Part shown: positions 42,846 to 51,798 of the stretch, piece after piece
Layout: each line of letters begins with the position of its first letter
Position numbering within the stretch: position 1 is the stretch's first letter
Origin: an uncultured Gammaproteobacteria bacterium
GTDB taxonomy: Bacteria; Pseudomonadota; Gammaproteobacteria; GCA-001735895
Reading direction: 5' to 3'
Assembly (NCBI GenBank): GCA_964480635.1
Contig: CAYZQE010000003.1
Coordinates: 1-56,364 of the forward strand
Length of the DNA: 56,364 bases
The notes under the pieces: model-generated
What the model saw: only the letters and a program-made list of their open reading frames with translations
The model's database searches: none
Told to the model about the DNA's origin: nothing
Made by a program: the position numbers and the translations under genes

Positions 42846-44720
42846 CTATCCAGTGAAAATTCTAATGGTTTGGCTGATTTTTTCTTTTAAAGAGGTCTTT
42901 AAAATAGTATCTATTAGCTCATTAAATTTAAATTTATGGTGACGTTCATAAGCTACGCCCATTTGCGGCATATCAGCTAAGCCACTTTCACGAGCATGTT
43001 CTTCGAAGCCTTTATTTTTCCAAAAGAAAGCACCCGGCATGGTCGTTGGGATAACGACCACATAAAACAGTGCCCGACTAATCGCAATAGAGAACATTGC
43101 ACCAGCCATCATGATAATCCATATTAATGTATTGAACTCTATAAACATATGACTTGAAATAGCTAATATGAAAAGAGTTGGTAATAAAGCATTACGCAAA
43201 ATAAAAGCGTAACCATAGGTGGTTTGTTGTTCATAATATGAAGCCGATGCTTCAGATGCTGAGTTAAAGCTGTGTTTTCTGTGTGCTATTAACGCAATGG
43301 CCTCTAAGCTAAGTCCGGCCATAAAGACAAAAGACAAGACTTTTAAGTTGCCATTAAAATCAGAGAGTAAAGAGGCAATGGCAATAATAGAGCTACCTAA
43401 AGTCAATGCTGTAGCAACAAACGAGGCGTCGGTATGCCAGTGATGCCAAAAGGGGCGAGCGGGGATACGATATAATTGAATCATATAGTAAGCTCCTAAC
43501 AATCCGCCAAGGGCACTGATGACAGCAAAACCGTTTTGCAACCAAGCAAATAAGGTGATGTCATTAAAAAAGTGAAAGACAGTACAGCCGATTAATCCCA
43601 TAAAAAACAAGGATACACCGGCAATTTCACGGCTAACGGGTGACCACTTTAAATTATAAAAACCTCGATAAAACCGATGCGGTTTACCGAGGTGCATATT
43701 TAATTTGAATAAACCAGTACCTGAAATTAAGACTAAAACAGGAAGCAAAAAATTTAATACGTCATCAGATAAAGCAAAAGCTGCTACAAAAGGCATGGAT
43801 AATAGTAATAAAAATGCACCTATAACGGCTTGGGTGGTTAGTGTAAATGCAATGTGTGCATTTTCATGAGAGCTGAAAAGCGCCTTAATGTTAAAGGAAC
43901 GTTTATATCCATGTTTAGCATCTAGTGTCGGTTTAAATTCACCGTCATTACCTTCTTTATGATATTTAAGCGCGGTGCTATCAACACGATTCATATCGCG
44001 GTGTGCTGTTCGTTTTTGCTCAAAACGGATATTAGGCTTAGTGATTGAGGTGTCAGGAAAGCCCGGTATTTCTGTTTTGGCTTGAGTACGATTCTCAGGG
44101 ATGTCTTCAATTACACCAAAGTCTAAGGCGTTGCCTAAGCAAGCGGCGACGCAAGCAGGCTTTAAGCCGACTTCTAAGCGGTCAACACACATATTACATT
44201 TACTCACTTCACCTTTAACAGGGTCAAGCTGAGGTGCATTGTAAGGACACACCCATGTGCAGTAGCCACAGCCAAAACAGATGTCTGGGTCTTGTAATAC
44301 CGCGCCATATTCTGCAAATTTTGTATAGGCACGAGTCGGACAGCCTTTTAAGCACACTGGATCATCACAATGGTTACACGCCATTGAAATATTTAGGCGT
44401 TGATAAGCAGGATAAGTGCCGCCTTCAACAAAACCAACGGAGCGAAAGGCTAAATGTGACGGCACATCATTTTTTTCACTACAGGCAGATTCACAGGCAT
44501 GACAGCCAATGCAGTTATCGGCATTAAAATAAAAACCATGTTGCTTATAACGGTCAGGGTTTTCGTAGGGCTGTTCTTGCTGATTAATAACAAATGATTG
44601 GTTTTCTAATTTCGAATTATTAATCGTAGTGTTGATGGCACCACCGTATTGATTCGTTGTTTTGCTGTCTGAATGTTTCAGAATTGCATAGCTTGGTTCA
44701 TTGTCGCGTCTAGGAAACAT
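42846..44720 (-). CDS. Fused DmsB-like 4x[4Fe-4S] protein and DmsC-like membrane anchor
   Basis: CIGCHACESAC, CNHCDDPVCLKGCP, CFGCGYCTWVCP, CNMC..PACVAAC, then multiple TM helices with HLGKPHRFYR and WSPVSREI. Confidence 0.88.
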   Translation of the reverse strand: MFPRRDNEPSYAILKHSDSKTTNQYGGAINTTINNSKLENQSFVINQQEQPYENPDRYKQHGFYFNADNCIGCHACESACSEKNDVPSHLAFRSVGFVEGGTYPAYQRLNISMACNHCDDPVCLKGCPTRAYTKFAEYGAVLQDPDICFGCGYCTWVCPYNAPQLDPVKGEVSKCNMCVDRLEVGLKPACVAACLGNALDFGVIEDIPENRTQAKTEIPGFPDTSITKPNIRFEQKRTAHRDMNRVDSTALKYHKEGNDGEFKPTLDAKHGYKRSFNIKALFSSHENAHIAFTLTTQAVIGAFLLLLSMPFVAAFALSDDVLNFLLPVLVLISGTGLFKLNMHLGKPHRFYRGFYNLKWSPVSREIAGVSLFFMGLIGCTVFHFFNDITLFAWLQNGFAVISALGGLLGAYYMIQLYRIPARPFWHHWHTDASFVATALTLGSSIIAIASLLSDFNGNLKVLSFVFMAGLSLEAIALIAHRKHSFNSASEASASYYEQQTTYGYAFILRNALLPTLFILAISSHMFIEFNTLIWIIMMAGAMFSIAISRALFYVVVIPTTMPGAFFWKNKGFEEHARESGLADMPQMGVAYERHHKFKFNELIDTILKTSLKEKISQTIRIFTG

Positions 44721-46924
44721 TAAAAACTCCTCATTTCTTTACTCATAAGAGCCGCTGATTTTTGATCTTCTAAAATTTCAATGCGCACGGCAGATTGCTT
44801 ATATGCAGGTTGTCGTGAATGAGGGTCAAGTAAACCAAGGGTTAAGCGATTAGCGCAGTCATGAAAATGAAAAGGTAAGAAAATCATATTTTTGGGGACA
44901 CGTTGCGTGGGCGTTGCCATCACAATGGCATCAGAACGGCGTGAGACTAAACGTACATATTCACCACGTAAAATACCTAATTCAGCAGCTAAATCAGGAT
45001 TGATTTCAATAAATGGAATCGGACTAAATTTATTGTTGTTAGCTACTTTGCCCGTTTTTGTACGGCCATGCCAGTGTTCAACAAGGCGACCTGTGTTTAA
45101 CCAAACTGGGAATTTTTCATCGGGTACTTCATTGTTATCTATGAAGGGTAAGGGGATCAGTTTAGCCTTGCCATCAGCATAACGAAATTCACCATCTTTG
45201 GTATATAAACGCACACCACCCTTGGCTGGCACTTCATTGGCATCACGTTGTTGCTCTGTATAAGGCCACTGGATGCCACGGTGTTTTTCGATCAGCTCAT
45301 GGTCTAAGCCAGAGATATCAGCGAGACGACCTTTTGATATTTCTCGCATTTCTAAAAACACATCGGCGGCTTTGTCTGGAAATTTTACTTTATTATCAGT
45401 ATTAAAGCGTTTTGCTAATTCATTAAAAATCCACAAATCGGGCTGTGCCTCACCGGGGGCTTTAATCACGGGTTTAACCACATTAACTCGGCGTTCGGTG
45501 TTGGTCATGACACCGTCTTTTTCTGCCCATGTGCCTGCTGGTAAATAGACGTGAGCATATTGTGCGCTTTCAACGTCTTCATAACAGTCTTGCACCACGC
45601 AAAAATCGAGCTTTTCCATCGCCTTGCGCACACGCGCCGAATTGGGTAATGACGATAATGGGTTGGTGGCGATGAGCCAGATGCCTTTTATTTCACCTGT
45701 TTCAATCGCATGATAAATGTCGGTTTGGAACATACCTCGTTTTTTAGGTAAGAACTCTTCGTCAATGTTCCAATATTCGGCTATTTCTTTACGATCATCA
45801 GCATTTTCTAGGGTGCGATAATTAGGCAAACCAGAGCAAGAAGACCATTCGCGCGTGCCCATGGCATTACATTGGCCGGTGATGGATAAGCTGGTGCCGC
45901 CAGGTATGCCAATGTTGCCCGTAATGAGCGATAAATTGTTGATGCCCACCACGCCATCAGAGCCATGTGTTGATTGGTTAATGCCCATAGTCCAAAAAGA
46001 CATGGCTGCTTTTGCCTTGCCATAAAGGCGAGCGACCACACGAATGGTATCTTCATCAATGCCGCAGATTTTAGCGGCTGTGGTGGGATCGTATTTGGCG
46101 ACTTCAGCTTTTAATTCTTCTAGGCCATTGGTATTGGCTTCGATATAGGCATCGTCTTGTAAGTTCTCAGCGAAGATGACATGCATTAACGCATTTTGCA
46201 GTACAACGTCTGTTCCTGGAGTAATGGGCAGATGGATATCAGCACATTGGGCTAACATGGTCACACGCGGGTCGATGACAATTAAAGGAAACCCTGTGCG
46301 TTCTTGTGCTTCTTTCATACGCCAGTAAATAATGGGGTGTTGCTCGGGTAAGTTAGAGCCCCAAGCCATTAAACAGTCGGTGTGTTCAAAGTCTTCATAA
46401 CAGCCTGGTGGGCCGTCGGAACCAAACGAGCGTTTATAGCCTGATACGGCTGATGCCATACACAAAGTGGTGTTGCCATCGTAATTATTGGTGCCGATTA
46501 AGCCACGAGTCAGCTTGCCCAGAGTATAAAACTCTTCGGTGAGCATTTGACCAGTTGAGATAACCGCAAATGAATCTCGACCATGTTCTTGTTGTACTTT
46601 TTTAATGCCTTGGTAGGTGGCATCTAATGCGCTATCCCAATCCGTTGATTGCCAATCTTGATGCCATTGGTCACGGACTTTTGGTACTAAACCACGCCCT
46701 GCAGATTCAAATAATTCGTGTTCAAAAATACCTTTTAAGCACAGCTTGCCTCGGTTTACATCGGCATCAGCCACACCGCGAGAAGAAACCGCTCGGCCTT
46801 CTTTGGTTAAACCAACTTCTATAGCACAACCTGTTGAGCAATAACCACAAGTGGCATATTTCCATTCAACGATGCCTTTATCGTTGATTTTTATGGGGTT
46901 CTTTTGGGTTCTGCCGAATAACAT
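44720..46924 (-). CDS. nasA: Assimilatory-type nitrate reductase catalytic subunit (Mo-bisPGD), NasA/NarB-like
   Basis: CGYCSTGC...KLCLKG [4Fe-4S], NYDGNTTLCMASA, GQCNAMG, LNTGR..EHWH, PAYKQSAV; no Tat motif and no C-terminal BFD domain. Confidence 0.85.
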   Translation of the reverse strand: MLFGRTQKNPIKINDKGIVEWKYATCGYCSTGCAIEVGLTKEGRAVSSRGVADADVNRGKLCLKGIFEHELFESAGRGLVPKVRDQWHQDWQSTDWDSALDATYQGIKKVQQEHGRDSFAVISTGQMLTEEFYTLGKLTRGLIGTNNYDGNTTLCMASAVSGYKRSFGSDGPPGCYEDFEHTDCLMAWGSNLPEQHPIIYWRMKEAQERTGFPLIVIDPRVTMLAQCADIHLPITPGTDVVLQNALMHVIFAENLQDDAYIEANTNGLEELKAEVAKYDPTTAAKICGIDEDTIRVVARLYGKAKAAMSFWTMGINQSTHGSDGVVGINNLSLITGNIGIPGGTSLSITGQCNAMGTREWSSCSGLPNYRTLENADDRKEIAEYWNIDEEFLPKKRGMFQTDIYHAIETGEIKGIWLIATNPLSSLPNSARVRKAMEKLDFCVVQDCYEDVESAQYAHVYLPAGTWAEKDGVMTNTERRVNVVKPVIKAPGEAQPDLWIFNELAKRFNTDNKVKFPDKAADVFLEMREISKGRLADISGLDHELIEKHRGIQWPYTEQQRDANEVPAKGGVRLYTKDGEFRYADGKAKLIPLPFIDNNEVPDEKFPVWLNTGRLVEHWHGRTKTGKVANNNKFSPIPFIEINPDLAAELGILRGEYVRLVSRRSDAIVMATPTQRVPKNMIFLPFHFHDCANRLTLGLLDPHSRQPAYKQSAVRIEILEDQKSAALMSKEMRSF

Positions 46925-46976
46925 AATTGAATCTCGTAAATTTAAAGAGTTTCTTTACTTCCCCCTCTCCCGTTAA

Positions 46977-47133
46977 GGAGACACTGAATAACCGCGATTA
47001 GAATTTCACTGAGAAAAAATGTGCGTCAAGTTTCGTTAAATGCGTCGTAATAGCTGGCTATTGCGTCGAATTTAACGGAAGTTGTCGTGCATTTTAGCCG
47101 GTAAAAAATAATTGGCGGTTGTTCAGTGTCTCC
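46977..47133. mobile_element. MITE-like inverted-repeat element, copy 1 (157 bp)
   Basis: 19-bp TIR GGAGACACTGAA(T/C)AACCGC, TTAA on both flanks, no ORF. Confidence 0.65.
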
Positions 47134-47164
47134 TTAAGAGAGGGGCTAAAAACATAGCTTATTT

Positions 47165-47479
47165 TTAAGACAATGCCTGTATAAACACCATACCATTTTC
47201 AACTTTGGTATTAAACGTATTCACACAGCCTTCGTCTGCGCCCATGGCTTCGCCACTGGTTAAATCAATTTTCCAGTTATGTAATGGGCATGTTACTGAA
47301 CTGCCGTGAACAATGCCTTGTGATAACGGGCCTTTTTTATGAGGGCATTCGTCTTTAACCGCAAATACGTCGTTATTACTGTTCTTAAAAATAGCGATGT
47401 TCATGGTCGCTGTTTTCACAACACGTGAGCCTAATGCCGGAATGTCGTCTAATGCTACTACTTCTGTCCAGTTACTCAT
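47165..47479 (-). CDS. nirD: Nitrite reductase small subunit, Rieske ferredoxin
   Basis: CPHKKGPLSQG...VTCPLHNW, with intact Rieske ligands. Confidence 0.92.
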   Translation of the reverse strand: MSNWTEVVALDDIPALGSRVVKTATMNIAIFKNSNNDVFAVKDECPHKKGPLSQGIVHGSSVTCPLHNWKIDLTSGEAMGADEGCVNTFNTKVENGMVFIQALS

Positions 47480-47481
47480 GA

Positions 47482-49929
47482 TTAACCTGCCGCGTTCATA
47501 TTTGTGATCTCAATTTGAGTAAACTCATGCTTTTGTGCGCCTTCGGCACGTTCTTTCCATGGGTCAGATTGCGAGAATGATTGGCTGAATCTAAAGCGTT
47601 CTGCTAAAGCCGTGCGTTCTGCCTCATCATTCATAATACAATCTTGCACATAGGTGAAACCAACGCGTTCTACCCAAGGGGCTGTGCGTTCAAGATAATG
47701 TGCTTCTTCACGGTATTTTTGGGTAAAGGCAGCACAATATTCTAATACGTCTTCTTCTGTTTCTACCTTGCCGAGTAAATCGGTCACACGAACTTTGATG
47801 CCGCCGTTGCCGCCAATATGAAGCTCATAACCAGAGTCAACACACACCACACCAAAGTCTTTAATCGTCGCTTCTGCACAGTTACGTGGACAACCTGATA
47901 CCGCAAGTTTGTATTTATGCTGCATCCAAGAGCCCCAAGTAAGCTGTTCTAGCTTAACACCTAAGCCGGTTGAGTCTTGAGTACCGAAGCGGCACCAGTT
48001 TGAACCAGCACAGGTTTTAACCGTACGCATCGCCTTGCCATAAGCATGACCAGAAACAAACCCAGCGGCTGATAAATCTTTCCACACGCCGGGTAAGTCT
48101 TCTTTTTTGATGCCAAACATATCAATGCGTTGACCACCTGTGACTTTCATTTCTGGGATTTCAAATTTATCACACACATCGGCTATAGCGCGTAGCTCGT
48201 TAGGCTTAACTAAGCCACCAAACATACGTGGCACAACAGAATAAGTACCGTCTTTTTGAATATTGCCATGAGCGCGTTCATTAATAAAACGAGACTGCGC
48301 ATCATCTTTATATTCGGCAGGCCAACGTGCTAATAAGTAATAGTTAAGTGCTGGGCGACAGGTGGCGCAACCGTCTGGTGTTTTCCAGTTCAGGTATGAA
48401 CGTAACGTGCCCATGTCTTTTAATTCTTCTGTTTTAATCGCATTAATCACATCGTCATGGCTGTGATCGGTACAAGCACATAAAGGTTTTTTGCTTGGCT
48501 TGTCATCGTAACCTTCGCCAACAGTCGACGCTAAAATACATTCCACTAAACCGGTGCAAGAACCACAAGATGATGAAGCTTTGGTATGGGCTTGAACCTC
48601 AGCTAAGGTGAATAAACCTTTTTTAACAATGGTGTCGATGATGTCGCCTTTATTAACACCATTACAGCCGCAAATTTCGGCATCATTAGATAATGACATA
48701 ACCGCCGCATCACCGTGTCCTGCATCACCTAAGTCGTGCTGACCAAACATGATGGTGCGACGGAAATCTTTAATGTTGGTGCCTTCACGTAATAGTTGGA
48801 AGTACCAAGTGCCGTCTAGTGTATCGCCATATAAAACAGCGCCCACTAGCTTGTCATCTTTAATCACTAATTTTTTATAAATGCCGCTGCTGGTGTCTTC
48901 CATCATTAAGACTTCATCACCGTCTTTTTCGTTAAACTCGCCAGCTGAAAATAAATCAATGCCTGTGACTTTAAGTTTGGTAGAAGTCACAGAACCTTCA
49001 TAACGGGCAATGCCATATTGCGCTAAATGATTGGCAGCAACCTTAGCTTGTTCAAATAGTGGTGCTACTAGGCCGTAACACATGCCTCTATGTTGAACGC
49101 ACTCGCCAACCGCATAAATTTTTGGGTCATAAGTTTGCATGGTGTCGTTAACCACAATGCCACGTTCACAATAAATGCCGGCTTCTTGCGCTAGTGCCAT
49201 ATTGGGTCGAATACCAACAGCCATAACAACCAAATCAGCATCTTGCTCTTTGCCATTAGCAAAGCGAACACCGCTGACTTTATCATTACCCAAAATTTCG
49301 GCCGTTTGTGCTTCCATTAAAAAGGTAAGTCCACGTTCTTCTAATGATATTTTTAACATGGCTGATGCCGTTGCATCTAATTGGCGCTCCATTAATGAAT
49401 CGAGAAGGTGAACGACGGTCACGTTCATGCCTTGTTTCATTAAGCCATTAGCAGCCTCAAGCCCTAATAAACCACCCCCAATAACAACTGCATTTTTACC
49501 CGTTTTAGCCGCTGCAACCATTTGCTCTACGTCGGCAATATCTCTGAAACCAATGCAACCTATTTTGTCAGCACCAGGAATGGGAATGATAAAAGGATTA
49601 GAGCCTGTTGCTATGAGCAATTTATCGTAAGGGAATTTTTTACCACTTTCAGTGATCACTGCGCGTTGGACGCGATCAATTTTTGTGGCTGTATCACCCG
49701 TGACCAGTTTAATGTTATTTTCTTCGTACCACTGGGATGAATTAAGAATGATGTCATCAATTGTTTTTTCGCCAGCTAAAACAGGCGACAGCATGATGCG
49801 GTTGTAATTGTTATGGGGCTCAGAACCGATTACCGTGATGTCATATTCTACATCAGTAATTTTAAACAGCTCTTCTAGTGTGCGTACACCCGCCATACCA
49901 TTACCAATTAAAACTATTTTTTCGCTCAT
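47482..49929 (-). CDS. nirB: NAD(P)H-dependent nitrite reductase large subunit
   Basis: GNGMAG, YNRIMLS, GGGLLGLEAA, ICGCNGV, SCGSC, RTVKTC.G...C, SGCPRNCAE. Start moved to MSEK. Confidence 0.95.
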   Translation of the reverse strand: MSEKIVLIGNGMAGVRTLEELFKITDVEYDITVIGSEPHNNYNRIMLSPVLAGEKTIDDIILNSSQWYEENNIKLVTGDTATKIDRVQRAVITESGKKFPYDKLLIATGSNPFIIPIPGADKIGCIGFRDIADVEQMVAAAKTGKNAVVIGGGLLGLEAANGLMKQGMNVTVVHLLDSLMERQLDATASAMLKISLEERGLTFLMEAQTAEILGNDKVSGVRFANGKEQDADLVVMAVGIRPNMALAQEAGIYCERGIVVNDTMQTYDPKIYAVGECVQHRGMCYGLVAPLFEQAKVAANHLAQYGIARYEGSVTSTKLKVTGIDLFSAGEFNEKDGDEVLMMEDTSSGIYKKLVIKDDKLVGAVLYGDTLDGTWYFQLLREGTNIKDFRRTIMFGQHDLGDAGHGDAAVMSLSNDAEICGCNGVNKGDIIDTIVKKGLFTLAEVQAHTKASSSCGSCTGLVECILASTVGEGYDDKPSKKPLCACTDHSHDDVINAIKTEELKDMGTLRSYLNWKTPDGCATCRPALNYYLLARWPAEYKDDAQSRFINERAHGNIQKDGTYSVVPRMFGGLVKPNELRAIADVCDKFEIPEMKVTGGQRIDMFGIKKEDLPGVWKDLSAAGFVSGHAYGKAMRTVKTCAGSNWCRFGTQDSTGLGVKLEQLTWGSWMQHKYKLAVSGCPRNCAEATIKDFGVVCVDSGYELHIGGNGGIKVRVTDLLGKVETEEDVLEYCAAFTQKYREEAHYLERTAPWVERVGFTYVQDCIMNDEAERTALAERFRFSQSFSQSDPWKERAEGAQKHEFTQIEITNMNAAG

Positions 49930-50032
49930 GTGTTCCTCAGCATTGAATTTGATTGGGCGCATTTTACATAGCTATTAGTGATTTTCTAATAATATGCTTT
50001 TATATCAATTAAAATATTAGTATTTGCTTACA

Positions 50033-50080
50033 TTGGTGCATACAATGCACCTAAAGCTTTCTTTGCACCAAAATAGCGCA
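50033..50080. promoter_or_regulatory. Putative NtrC-type sites in the nirB/transporter divergent region
   Basis: TGGTGCA, TGCACC and TGCACCA-AAA-TAGCGCA (50064-50080). Confidence 0.65.
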
Positions 50081-50158
50081 AAACAAGAATATTCTCGATG
50101 AGTAAATGATGTACTTTGAAAAAATGCTAAAAGCTCTGTTTAATGCGGCCTTTCTCAA

Positions 50159-50274
50159 GGAGACACTGAATAACCGCGATTAGAATTTTACTGAGAAAAA
50201 TGTGCGTCGAATTTAACGGAAGTTGTCGTGCATTTTAGCGAGTAAAAAATAATTGGCGGTTGTTTAATGTCTCC
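50159..50274. mobile_element. MITE-like inverted-repeat element, copy 2 (116 bp)
   Basis: Near-identical to 46977-47133 except for a 40-bp internal deletion, one fewer A and a few substitutions. Confidence 0.65.
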
Positions 50275-50301
50275 TTGACTAGCGATCACTTGGATTCATA
50301 C

Positions 50302-51771
50302 ATGAATACAACCAAACTCAACCTGTTTTCTTTTAGCGGTAACATTCGCACACTGCATATTACTTGGGTGGCATTTTTTATCTCGTTCATGGTTTGGTTT
50401 AATCATGCGCCTTTAATGGTGATCTTACGTGATTCTTTTGGCCTATCAGACCAAGAAGTGGGTGTGATTTTAATTATGAATTTGGCCTTAACAATACCAG
50501 CAAGAATTATTGTTGGTATGTTGGTAGACAGGTTTGGGCCGCGCCTATTATTTTCTTTTATTCTTGTTTTAGCAGGTGTTTTAACCATCCCTTTTGCCTT
50601 GGCTAATTCATTTGAGCAGTTGGCTGTCTCACGTTTACTGTTAGGCTTTGTTGGTGCTGGATTCGTTGTTGGTATTCGTTTAATCGGTGAATGGTTTCCA
50701 GCAAAACAAACGGGGTTAGCTCAAGGTATTTATGGTGGCTGGGGTAATTTTGGTTCAGCTGGCTCAGCGATGATACTGCCTATATTAGCTTTTTGGTATG
50801 GTGGTGATAATGGTTGGCGTTACGCTATTTTGTCCACAGGTGCCGTGGCTATTTTATACGGCGTGTATTTTTATTTTTCAGTGTCTAATACACCAAAAGG
50901 AGCCACTTATTTTAAAACAAATAAAATCGGTGCTTTAGAAGTCACCAGCAAAGTCGATTTGTTTCTCTATTTATTCATGACCATACCCTTATATGCGGCA
51001 CTGGCCTTAGTGGTATGGAAATTATCAGATGGCAATTTAGGTTGGCTCAGTAATAGTGTGTCGTATAGTATTTATGCCATTATTTTGACTGTTTATTTGT
51101 GGCAAGCTTGGAGCATAATATCAATCAATAAAGGTGTTTTCATCAAAAAAACACCAAAAATGTTTCGTTACTCATTTAAGCAAGTCGCGGTGCTAGATTT
51201 AGCATATATGGTGACTTTTGGTTCGGAGTTAGCGTTAGTGTCTATGTTGCCGCTATTTTATACCGATATGTTTGGTCTTTCTTTGGTGTTGGCGGGAGTT
51301 TTAGCGGGTATTTATCCTGTCATTAACTTAATTGCTCGCCCAAGTGGAGGCATTATGAGTGATCGCATCGGTCGAAAAAAGTCGTTAGTTATTTTGTTTT
51401 CAGGCATTACGGTTACCTTTTTTCTATTAGGGCAAGTGTCAAGTGAGTGGGCTGTCGCTCTGGTGGTCATTAATACCATAGCGTGTGGCTTGTTTGCTCA
51501 AGGTGGTTCGGGTGCAGTCTATGCCATGGCACCTCTTATTCAGCGCCGCCAAACGGGACAAATTGCAGGCATGGTCGGGGCTTATGGTAATGTGGGGGGG
51601 TTAGTTTTTTTAACGGTGCTGTCATTTACGCTACCACAAACTTTCTTCATGGTGATTGCTTTTACCGCATTGGTTGTTCTAATTGTTATGATAATCTTTT
51701 TGAAAGAACCTTCAGGGCAAACTGCAGAAGTAATGCCAGATGGGACGGTACAAATGATTGATGTGTCTTAA
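50302..51771 (+). CDS. NarK/NasA-family nitrate/nitrite MFS transporter
   Basis: WVAFFISFMVWF, TIPARIIVGMLVDRFGPR, GFVGAGFVVGIR, GGWGNFG, ARPSGGIMSD. Start moved to MNTTK. Confidence 0.92.
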   Translation: MNTTKLNLFSFSGNIRTLHITWVAFFISFMVWFNHAPLMVILRDSFGLSDQEVGVILIMNLALTIPARIIVGMLVDRFGPRLLFSFILVLAGVLTIPFALANSFEQLAVSRLLLGFVGAGFVVGIRLIGEWFPAKQTGLAQGIYGGWGNFGSAGSAMILPILAFWYGGDNGWRYAILSTGAVAILYGVYFYFSVSNTPKGATYFKTNKIGALEVTSKVDLFLYLFMTIPLYAALALVVWKLSDGNLGWLSNSVSYSIYAIILTVYLWQAWSIISINKGVFIKKTPKMFRYSFKQVAVLDLAYMVTFGSELALVSMLPLFYTDMFGLSLVLAGVLAGIYPVINLIARPSGGIMSDRIGRKKSLVILFSGITVTFFLLGQVSSEWAVALVVINTIACGLFAQGGSGAVYAMAPLIQRRQTGQIAGMVGAYGNVGGLVFLTVLSFTLPQTFFMVIAFTALVVLIVMIIFLKEPSGQTAEVMPDGTVQMIDVS

Positions 51772-51798
51772 TCATATTTTATTTTTTTAGAGTTATTT

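Noticed and set aside
46977-50274. The repeated element as a CRISPR repeat or an intact IS
   Set aside because: Only two copies 3 kb apart, with no spacers, cas genes or transposase.
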